NCBI GenBank assembly: GCA_012295275.1
Contig: CM022667.1
Location: forward strand, 1,240,001-1,304,000
Origin: Chrysomallon squamiferum
Lineage: Eukaryota; Animalia; Mollusca
DNA length: 64,000 nt
Direction: 5' to 3'
Part shown: one piece after another, positions 10,847 through 21,212 of the stretch
How positions within the stretch are numbered: position 1 is the stretch's first letter
Layout: each line of letters opens with the position of its first letter
The notes under the pieces: generated by a model
The model's input: only the letters and a program-made list of their open reading frames with translations
Told to the model about the DNA's origin: nothing
Databases searched by the model: none
Position numbers and translations under genes: made by a program

Positions 10847-13800
10847 CTGAAAGAAGTAAGTTTGTAATTTATGTACTTATTGTTTTAAAAAAAAAAATGT
10901 ATTGTTCTCTTAATGATACTTTGAATTTTTAACTATTATTTTCAAACACATTTTCAGCATTTTAATATTTAAAGACATACAATTCAAAGTATTTCATATA
11001 TGCTTGAGATTTCCAAAATTGAATGTATATGTACATTACCTAATTTTTTTCAAAAAACTTTTGGCAGTACTAAGACTATTTTGCTGGCAAAAAACCAATT
11101 CTTTTGTCTTTGAAACAAAATAATAGTTGAACCGTACTGAATGAATTTGATGATTATTTTTGAATTGATTTAAAAAAAAACAAAAAAACACAGAAACCCC
11201 TAAACAAACACATATCCATGTGTATGATTCTTTAATAATTAAATGTACTCTAGACTTTACATTTAACAATCAGTTATTAACGTGTCACAGAGTATTAGAT
11301 CATTTTACACAGATAAGATGCAAAATAAAATACATACTGATCCCCTGGAGTGTTTCCTTTGGGATCCACTCGTAATCTACATGTGAATTCTGAGTGCCCA
11401 TCTCTACAACCTTTTTTGGTTTGAGAAGACGCTTTTTTTTCTGAAACAAAAAAAATAAATTACTTTAAAAACAGACACGAAATTAGCATTCATTTAAAGC
11501 AAATATATCCAGAAAGGGCATTTTTAACCATCTCATTAATAAGTAAAATTTCAAATGATAATTAATCTTAAATGAATTAATCTTGATAAATGATCTTGAA
11601 AATTCTCTACTGTATTAAGAAAATTTAGAATAATATATATATATATCTATAAAATCTGGTGAATTAACTGCTATCATTGATGTTGCTATTATTTTTTTTT
11701 TATATAGATTCACCATCTTTCGTACAATTTCTATGGCAGAACAATTTTGCTGTGTGTATAAAATTCATGTACAAGTTTATCTAATCCTGTAAATAATCAT
11801 TAAAAAGAGTTTATCAAACATACCCCTAAAACCGTCACGAGCTGGTGGATTCCAAAGAGTAAAAGGACACCGACTGCTGCCAAAAACAGATACAAGAAAA
11901 ATCTGGAAAAAAATAGAAATAAAAGTAATTTTAAAAAATAAATATATGTAATACTTTATAATTATGTACATGGGACATATTCTTCTGATTTAACAATTCA
12001 TCAGTGCTGATATTACAAATAAAAATAATTCATTGTGAGTAAGACCAACTAGCTTTTGCAAAATGTGCGTCATCAACAGCTGGGTATCAACACATGTTAC
12101 ACTAATACTTTTTATCTTATTTTGAATGTCACTACACTATAATCTATATTAGAATTAAGAGTTAAATATTTATTTAGATGTTCAATCAATTTACAACCAT
12201 TTCTGAAAATGGCTGCTTTTATACGGTTTTGATTTAACTTTTTAAATCATGTTAGCATTTTATAAACATTTTCTATCATCCACCAAAAACAAATTTTTAA
12301 AATTAAAAAAAAAATTAAAAATGCTACTATCCACTGAATGCAGCATGATGGTGAACTCTTAAGCAGGAATCATGGATAATAATAATAATAATAAAAAAAG
12401 AATAATGGAAGTAACATCTGCATGCTAGTTTATTTAAAAAACAAACCAAAATGATCAAACCATCATTAATAAGCTGAACCCAAAATCAAGGATCATGTAA
12501 TATAAAGCTTTTCAATACCATTTGTAAGAGAACTCCTAAACAATGCAATTCATTATTAAAGAACAACAAAGCTCAAACGCCTCTACTTTCTATTGCAGAC
12601 TACAGGAAAACGACAGTCACCAATGAGCCTGTAGTTTGCTGATAGCTGCTTCATATATCAAAATAATGTCAAATAATAATAAAGATTAAAAATTAAAATT
12701 ATAAAAGTCTGATCAATAGCAATGATAAGTATTTCATATAAATTTAATTTTTCTTTTTTTTCCCATTTTCAAATAATATTTATGGATTTCAACACTGATA
12801 TTCCAATTTCTTTTAAAAAAAAATAATTAAAGAACTTGAAACTGAATAGTGTCCATCTATAAAATGCAATGCCTGAATTTGTTATTTTATGTTTACATCA
12901 TAAACTAAAAAATCTAAAAGAATAAAATTTTAAAAATTAAAAGCTATAGAAAGTAGAATCAATTTACCTTGTTCCTTTTCTATAAGTTGCAATTTAATAA
13001 AAATGAAAACCGTAGTATCATTTCCTACAGATATTCCAAAAAATATATTTTCTTGACTGAATGTGCAAAATAAATGATATTACACAGACTGTAAAAGTGT
13101 ATGAAAACTCCTAAACAATGCAATTCATTAAAGAAGAACAAAGCTCAAACGTCTCAATTTTTCTGTTGCAGACTACAGGAAAACTGCACTCACCATCTAC
13201 AGTGCAGTTTGCTGGTAGCTGCTTCATATCAAAATAGTGCCAGAAGCAACCCTATATTAAAGACCAGTTTGTTCTGTTAACATAATTATTACAAAGAAAC
13301 AGAAATAGGTAGAAACATGACCTCTAAACATCAATTTTCAAGTATAATCCTCAGAAGATCTGAAATTACAACCCCTGCATTTTTAAAGAAATCAGCCTTC
13401 AATTCAAAACTTTTACACTGTATCAACAAATCCACCAGAAAAATTAATAAGCAGAAAATATAAAAATTAAAACCACAACAAAAATTTTGTTAACTCCAAT
13501 TCAGCAGCTCATAAATAATTCACTAAAAATGAAAACTATATTTTTTATTCCCTAAAGATAATATATTTCTAAAGTAAAAAATTTACCTTAACTACACCTA
13601 TTACGACTGATTTTATACAGTACCTGCAAAAATTGTAAGAGAACTCCTAAACAATGAAGTTCATTAAGGAACAACAATGCTCAAACGGTCTCCAAGTTTC
13701 TATTGCAGACTACAGGAAAACTACAGTCACTGTATAGATTGCAGTTTGCTGGTAGCTGCTTCCATTACTAAGTATTAAATTACTGTAATGGGAACAGACA

Positions 13801-16800
13801 AAAACCTTCCTAAGTAACAATTTTTCACAATTCTCTTCAGTTTGGTGGAATTTTAAGGAAAGTGAGCATCAGTTAGGGTGTTTTATGAAACAAAACAATT
13901 CTAAAGTTTCATATTTGGCTATCAAGTTGCAAACTATTCTTGCTAACCACAGTTTCTAATTAAACATTCACACCAATTAAACATTAGGCAAGCTTAACTA
14001 AAGAGAAATGTTTTCTGAATGCGCGAAGCATTTATTCATTAATCTGATCAAGGAACCAGCATATGGTGGTGTGAAAGCTGCCACATGTCACTGATCACAG
14101 AAACACCATTATCATTTACAAGCAGAGATACTCACGTTTCACCATCTAAACCTTCATCCGGTTCAACAACTATTACTGTTTCATTATATACTGCATTCTG
14201 GAAAGCTTTGCCATCCTGCAAAAAAACATTTAAAGCAATATTTATTTATTAACACTAACCAGAAATGAAACAAAACATCCCAAAACAATGCTAATCAAAC
14301 AAGTTCATTAATCAACCATTGCATCATGATTAACTCAAACAGAAAATAAGTTTCAGTTGTAAGATTTACTAGGCAAAACAAAAATTAGTTACTGTTACAT
14401 ATGAATAAAATAAATAGTTTGTGTATTTACTCACAGAATCTTTGTAATTGAGGTTGATAACTAGTCCAAATGGTCTGGCATTGAAAGCTTCATTGGCACT
14501 GAAAATGTACTCAAATGTTGCTTGTTTCTTTGGTTCGATGGTCTGTGCCAAGGCAACTGTACTGAACTGTAAAATACAAATCATATGATCAGCAAAATGA
14601 GTAAATTATTGTCTTCCACTCCTAATCCAAATCTCCAGTTAAACATTTTCTTTATTACAAATTCATTTTATTTAAAAATGTTGATACTTGGTTCTTTGGC
14701 ACCTATATTTCTAATTTTCAGTGTTAATTCAGTAATTATGCATTGTAAAATTACAATATTTATATATACAATCTCATCATTCTTTTCATCTTTTTTTACC
14801 TTATGAAAAAGGTTAATTATAACAAATAAATTAGCAGAACTTTTACTAATATTCTAAAAATTCTTACATTCTGGACGTAGAAGGAAAAATCCTGTGGATA
14901 TCTGAACGATGCATCCATACTCTCAACAATGAAATTTTTTTCACCTTTGTTGGTAAAGCCTACCAGCACACGGACAAGCTTGCCTGATGTAATCTCTGTA
15001 AATAAAGATTCTTTTGAGGTATAGTGACTGCAAAACGTAAGATTAAAATGAACTCACAGAAAGTAACATCAATTTTAAAATCAAACACGATGCTGAAAAT
15101 TAACAACTGCTACACGAAACAGCTGCTTCCATCAAGTTCATCATAATTATGAATGTAGGTCTTTTCTTTCAGCCACCTCATTTCTGCTTCAAAATTCTTA
15201 TTTTAATTTAAAAATTACCTGAAAACAATATACACTAAATTGGATACCGTTTTTTCCAACTTGAATAATATTCAAAACGTCTTTTTGATGGGTGGGATAG
15301 AAGTAATAACTGAAAATAACTGATAAATACTCATTTTATAAAAGCACTGATGCAGAAAAACAGTTCTTGTCTCACCTTTTTTCTCTGCAGTTAGAGATTC
15401 GTGGTTCACAAACAGGATAGTTGTATCAGCATCTGGAGATGGCTTAATAGGTTCTTCTTCCTCTCCCTCCTGCAAAAAAAAACAACAACCCAACAATATA
15501 AATTACTTGAAGACAATTACATTTTTAGATAATCATGTAATATACATGTTACTAAACATACAACCCTTTTTCCATTTTACTTTGAAACAATATCCGATGC
15601 AATTTAGGAAATAGCAATACAAAAGCCTTTTATTCTTTTATTTTAAAAATGACAGCCAATACACTTTAGGAAATGGTTGTACACCGACCTTTATTAGCAA
15701 GAAATAGTAAACATTTATTACAGATAACAATATTGAATTCATACATTATGATTAACCATTATTTACCAACTTAGTTTGATGGCTTACACTTTTTTAATAT
15801 AAATTATAACTATTAGGTCTCAATAATGAAGCAACATGTTGCAGGTACTGTAGAAGACACTGTCCATCCAATGCATGTGAAATCAATGATACAAACAATG
15901 AAGTACCTTTTCTGTTACTGCTGTGTCTGCTTCTGCTTCAGGCTCTGTAACATCGGCTTCGGTCGTTTCTGTAGCATCGTCAGTTTCAACAGTTGTTCCG
16001 TCATCTTCACCTTCTAATGGATCTTCAGCTGCAGTCGTAAGAATACCACTTCTACCACCTGTAGTAAAGTACAAATTTTTAAATTTTGTTTCCATGTAAT
16101 AGTCTTCCTGTCAAACTACTAGGCAAACACCATCTAATCTCCTTATAAATAACTGCAATACACTTTCAAGCTTGTTGTAATAATAGGCATGTAAAGCAGA
16201 GTAGTGATATACACATGGTGTAATTGATCAAAGCAACTGCATATCCTATTCAATGGGATAACTACAAAAATGTGTTAAACATTCTATTCTGTTTTACTTT
16301 CTTTTTTTAAATTAGATATAATAATCAATTATCCAATTTCAAACAATTATTATACTATATATTTTTAACAATGCTGTAAATGTTTGGTTCATTAAAAAAA
16401 AAAAAAAAAAAAAAATTATGTTTTATACATCTTTTCACAGTACCACTTTTCATACTACTCTCATCTGTGACCTCATTTTTATGGATCAGATAACATACAA
16501 CATGAAAATGTTATGTTCTTTATCCCTCAGAAAGGTATTCTGATGGCCTGTTTTGTACAAGACTCAGGAAATAAAATAAAAAATAAAAAGATCTATCATC
16601 GTTATCGATCATAAAAAAGTAAATAAATAAAAATTAATTAATTTACAATAAAATTATAAATACAGAATCCATTTCCATGTGTTAAAGTATTCAAACAACA
16701 ATGGAACTGCATCAATTACAATAAAGACAATCAAGTTTTCTATAGTGATAGTCTATAGTAATTAGTATACTTAGTAAGTATTAGTATATTGTAACATTAA

Positions 16801-17135
16801 CCGTATATTATCTATATAGAATATAGTCATCACTTCCATGTTCGACAAAAAGGGTCGTCACAAATGTATTACTTTTAAAGAAAACTACATGCATTGAAAA
16901 GTATGAAATTTATCATTAATTATCAACATAGACGATAAGTAAGTAATGCAATTAAACATTAATGAGCGTTACCAATAATATGAATATAAACAGCATTAAA
17001 ATGTTGCCACGTCGATAATATTAGATAAATCCATGTCAGGAGCTGTTAAGAATTCTTACCATGTTCACAAAGTAAAATTGTGGCAGGCATCACCAAAAGA
17101 AGAACAAGAATAAATCTTCCTAAAATTTTTGTCAT
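10767..17135 (-). CDS. SSR1: Translocon-associated protein subunit alpha (TRAP-alpha / SSR1), 9 coding exons, 924 nt, 307 aa
   Basis: Spliced protein has a signal peptide, an acidic N-terminal region, [78 protein letters not shown] (TM), [17 protein letters not shown] and a basic SPRR tail, all hallmark TRAP-alpha motifs. All introns are GT-AG with consistent phases. Confidence 0.98.
11338..11440 (-). CDS. SSR1: SSR1 coding exon 8 ([34 protein letters not shown])
   Basis: Acceptor TTTCAG|AAA, donor A|GTATG. Confidence 0.95.
11824..11902 (-). CDS. SSR1: SSR1 coding exon 7 (transmembrane helix [21 protein letters not shown])
   Basis: Acceptor TTTTCCAG|A, donor GGG|GTATG. Confidence 0.94.
12520..12651 (-). 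ncRNA. Intronic box H/ACA snoRNA, SNORA9-like, copy A
   Basis: Hairpin - H box (ATAGAA) - hairpin - ACA (12525-12523) + 3 nt; ~130 nt; same strand as host SSR1; pockets CAGC/TCCT and GTTTGAG/TAGG are complementary to conserved 28S sequences. Confidence 0.85.
13095..13224 (-). ncRNA. Intronic box H/ACA snoRNA, SNORA9-like, copy B
   Basis: Lower stem GCAGCTAC/GTAG(T)CTGC, perfect upper stem AAACTGCACT/AGTGCAGTTT, H box ACAGAA, ACA at 13100-13098; same guide pockets as A and C. Confidence 0.88.
13631..13761 (-). ncRNA. Intronic box H/ACA snoRNA, SNORA9-like, copy C
   Basis: Same fold, H box ATAGAA, ACA at 13636-13634; pockets invariant while apical stems and loops have diverged. Confidence 0.87.
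14006..14098 (-). ncRNA. Possible fourth, unrelated H/ACA-like RNA with a short 3' hairpin
   Basis: Stem TGATCAG/TTGATCA, internal loop, stem CATGTGG/CCATATG, H-box-like AGATTA 14 nt below the loop top, short hairpin AATGC/GCATT, then ACA + TTT; no target identified. Confidence 0.35.
14136..14215 (-). CDS. SSR1: SSR1 coding exon 6 ([14 protein letters not shown]...GLDGET)
   Basis: Acceptor TTTGCAG|GAT, donor AC|GTGAG. Confidence 0.96.
14435..14566 (-). CDS. SSR1: SSR1 coding exon 5 (FSTVAL...[14 protein letters not shown])
   Basis: Acceptor TTTTACAG|TTC, donor TCT|GTGAG. Confidence 0.96.
14868..14995 (-). CDS. SSR1: SSR1 coding exon 4 (LVGFTNKG...[13 protein letters not shown])
   Basis: Acceptor TTTACAG|AG, donor AAT|GTAAG. 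Confidence 0.96.
15376..15469 (-). CDS. SSR1: SSR1 coding exon 3 ([21 protein letters not shown]...)
   Basis: Acceptor TTGCAG|GAG, donor G|GTGAG. Confidence 0.95.
15907..16058 (-). CDS. SSR1: SSR1 coding exon 2 (acidic region)
   Basis: Acceptor TACAG|GT, donor AAG|GTAC; lies within ORF 15883..16095. Confidence 0.92.
17060..17135 (-). CDS. SSR1: SSR1 coding exon 1 ([25 protein letters not shown], signal peptide)
   Basis: ATG at 17135, hydrophobic stretch, donor G|GTAAG, phase 1 matches exon 2. Confidence 0.9.
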
Positions 17136-17139
17136 TTTG

Positions 17140-17460
17140 AAATTTAATATGAAATCTAAAAGATACAGATGGTAGCCGATGTTTTACCGGCTATCTCAGC
17201 AACGAAAACAACAATATGGCCCCAAACCGGAAAAGCGTGAATCGGAAATAATGTTATCATGTTAAAACTATATTCATTAGCTGGCACGGAATAAAAGTAA
17301 CCAATCGAAAATATCAAAACATTTAGCTAAGGTGCGTTTTGATCCTGTGTATTATTATTTTGATAGGTTCATTGATATCAGTTCTAACCAATTAATTTGA
17401 CCGTAACATTCAAGGAAGTTATGGAGCACAAATTACAAGGGAAAATGACAGTAAAGTGTT
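17140..17460. promoter_or_regulatory. SSR1 promoter, probably bidirectional
   Basis: CpG-richer patch directly upstream of the SSR1 ATG, with CCGGAA/CGGAA (ETS-like), ATGGC (YY1-like) and CCAAT at 17301; a plus-strand exon follows 1.2 kb away. Confidence 0.5.
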
Positions 17461-18668
17461 AAAATTTCACACTTATATAGACTTTGATTGTTTCTTGACC
17501 AAATGGTACGAAGAAATGGACGCAACAGCAATATTTACAGTAGATATAATAATACATTTATAAATAAATGCATTAATACATGCATAAGAATTCGTTAATA
17601 TAAATACTAAAATAGCTTGAGCAAGTGCCGTATTAAATTCATTATAAAATAAAGTATCATTTATATAATTAATAATTATATATATATAATTATTAATTAC
17701 ATATATATGTATATATATATATATATATTACAAATTTTTAATGGTGATTAAAATTCAAAAGGTAAAGTAAAACAGTCTTTTGGAAAAAAACGACGACAAC
17801 AAAATGAACAATAAAAGATTTCAGGCATTTGTTATAATTAATAATAATTATAATATAAATAAACTTACAAATAAATTTTTCCCAGACATCATCAAGTTAT
17901 TACAAAACATAAAATAATAATGATTTCTAGTTACCAGTTAAGATGAAACAATAAATCATTATTAAAATATTTAATATTATTATAAAGATATTACTATTAT
18001 TATTATTATTATTATTATTAAATTTTTTCCCATTCCAAATAAGTAATTCTTTATTTTAATATCATCTTTGATATAGATGAATTATTTTCAGATATTTGTT
18101 GTGCACATACTTTTGTGACATATTATAATGTAACTGTTGTTAAGAGTTTTCAAAGAAAGCCTTAATTAATTATTTTTGCTCTACTTATCAGAAAAGCAAA
18201 CTGAAATTCATTGGTCAGCCTACTAATCTGTTCCATGGCTTCAGCATATTCTATATTTCCAGTTCTGCAAAATATCTCAATCCTAATAGTTTGTAAGATT
18301 CCTTGTTGATAGTTGATAAATATAGATATTCAGGCAAAAATTTAAATTATCCTTTGAAAAGATAGTTTGTAAATTATTTCAAATGTCAGTTAATTTACTT
18401 GACATGTTTTTTATTTTAATAAAATGGGAATTTTGAGGGATAAAATTTCTTTGAAAATGTGAAACTTTGCTCATACACATAAACATTTTTTTTTAAATCA
18501 TTTCAGAATTACAAAGCTACAAAGAAATACAATTTTTTTTTTCAATATAACCTAAGCTTAGCAACAATTAGCTGTTACATTTAGATATATTATTAGAATA
18601 TTACAGATGTAATAAATAGAAATTCTTTAACCGCATTAATATACAATTTTATTTCTTTAAGGTATGCC

Positions 18669-18828
18669 ATGTCTGACAGCAGTCACCATGGTGATCAAGA
18701 TTCATCTCCTAAAAACCACGCAACACTAGATTCAACATATCAACAATGTTCCAGCTCAGCATATCTCCATGATGTGTTGGCCAATCCAAGAAGCTCAATC
18801 GCATCACAAAACAGTTACATCTCTCAAG
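18669..18828 (+). CDS. Probable first coding exon of an unidentified plus-strand gene (MSDSSHHGDQDSSPKNH...SQNSYISQ, phase 1)
   Basis: Acceptor TTTTATTTCTTTAAG at 18661, GCCATG start context, donor CAAG|GTAGGT at 18829, non-repetitive GC-richer ORF in AT-rich flanks; family not recognised. Confidence 0.55.
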
Positions 18829-21152
18829 GTAGGTCCAAATTTGATATTCAGTTTTAATTCATCCATTTGGAAACGATTCCTTGTATTTATTTTAGAATTA
18901 AAATGACGCTAAATGTCTTCTTGCTTGATAATATTACAAGTCTTGTTTTGCTTTGTTGCCTTTATTTTAGTATGAACTGTGTAATGTTTTTATACATGAT
19001 AAACTGAAAAAAATAAATATTTTGTTATATTTTATCAAAATTGACTTCTTTTTGTGTTCCTTTAGCCAAATATACTATATCAGAGGCAATGTTCACCAAG
19101 ACTGTTATTCACTTAATTGCCTGTTTAATTTACACAGCATTTTATTTATGGTGCCTATATGTTTGTGTGTATTGTATGTGTCTATATTGTACATGTCTAT
19201 AAGTATACACACACACATATATAAACATTTGCATATAAACATACATACATACATACATACACAACTATCAAACCATTTATCCAGCTTCCAGAAATGTAAA
19301 TAAAATCCAGAAAACTGGCTATTACTGCATTATTCTGGTTTTCATGACAAATATATTGTGTGATTTCACTGAGTCTGCTGCTGTGTATTATTTATTATAC
19401 CACTTGCACATGTACATTGAACAACCATAAAATATAATTATGTTCTTTTTCTCCATTTTAGTTTTCTTCCAATATTATTATACATGATATTGTAAGAAAT
19501 GTAAGTGTATTAATTTGTTACTGTTGGTTTAAGATTGAGTAGTTTCTTTGCTAAGTTTAATTTTCATCCTATTTATTATAGATGGTATTTTCTACTGGTA
19601 TTTTAAAATCTTTAATGGAACAAGAAAGATCAAACAGAATTTATTAATTTGTATCTATTAAATACAGTTTTTTTCTTCTTTTTAATTAATTTTTCATTTT
19701 ATATTTTAAATATATATTTAGCCTCTATTCAAGAATTCAGTCTGTCTCTGCCTAATAAATTGTTTGGTATCTATATATATATATATAACATATAGTAAAA
19801 AGAGTAATACAATTTTGACAGTATATTTTTTCCATGACGCTAGCAAAATGTTAAACATTAGTTATCTCCCTTGTATTGCAAATGTGTTTTTACATTTTCG
19901 TCTCTCTCTCATTCTCTCTCTCTTTATCTCTTTATATATATTATACCATTATTATACTAAAATATTTGTGTACCTACAGCATTTATTTGTTATTTGACTG
20001 CCAAAATTTGTAATAAGTGTTATTTGTTTTAGATTGTTAAAATGATAAATTAATCATAAAAATTTCGATTTATGGATTTAATTTTTGGCAATATACTGTT
20101 TAAGATTTAAGCTACTATTATTTACTTTTCATTTCTGATTTACATCATTTAATATTATAGTAAAAAAATAATGTTTTTGTAATCTTAAATAGTTTGTCAT
20201 TGTGATATCATATCTTTATTTTTTGTATAAGCTTTTTGTAATTAAATTACAGCGCCAATTAATTTCGATCCAATTTCATTAATAAATGAAGATAATAAAG
20301 AAACAATATTTTACTTGCAAGCATATACATATATATATATAGTCTTTCAAGTTATTTTTTTATCGTAATCATTTTTAATAACACTTAATTTTCAGTTGAA
20401 TTACTTCCTCTGTATCTATTGATGTTACGAAATGTCTGCAGTATAAATTAAACTGAAGAAGAGTTTCATAATGTTATTAACATCCCAACCATTTTCTTTC
20501 ATTTCCTAATTATAATTTTATCTTCTGCTCAATAACTAGGAACCATGGAACATTTTATTATGCAGTTCAGCACAAAACGAGTAACATTATTGGCAAAAAA
20601 AAAAAATTGGGGAAAGGTCAACGTAATAAAAATAAATGAATTTGCCAAGAAATTAATATTTGAAATAAATTAATTTAAGAGAAAAGAGAAAAGCTGTTGA
20701 TCGATATTCTTTTGTTCTAGTTTCATTATGTTTTTTATGGATTTTACGCTGACTGGTAAGATGTTGAAAGATTTTTGTGATAGCTAGTGTACTGCATCGT
20801 GAAGATTTTTTTCTTTTTCTTTCATCACCTATTGACTGTAATATGATACTTTCCTCCTAGTTTTGCCATGTAATGAATCCATATTTAATCAGGCCTGATC
20901 ATCATAACTAAACAGTTTATGAAACCTGATATTGAAAAGCTATAGGATCATTGTTCTGTGCTGATATATATATATATATATATATATGTTGAATTTATAT
21001 GTATATATTTATGTATATAGTATTTGTCAGTATTTGTGTTATTTCTAGTATGTTTTTATTGATCTGTTCATTTGTCTGGTCAACAAATGTCTTAGAAAAT
21101 GTTACCCACCTTAAGTTTTTGAACAATTAATCAGTGTAGCTGTTCGCTATCC

Positions 21153-21212
<60 letters not shown>

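Noticed and set aside
12001-12076. Possible C/D box snoRNA (TGATGA ... CTGA on the minus strand) in SSR1 intron 6
   Set aside because: No terminal stem, non-consensus base before box C, and no rRNA-antisense element that I could find.
15060-15145. ATGATGA box C-like motif in SSR1 intron 3
   Set aside because: No matching CTGA box D at a suitable distance.
17421-17452. Short plus-strand ATG exon (MEHKLQGKMT|GTAAAG) as the coding start of the divergent gene
   Set aside because: Splicing to 18662 puts it out of frame with the 18669 ORF and hits a stop after four codons; at most a UTR exon or uORF.
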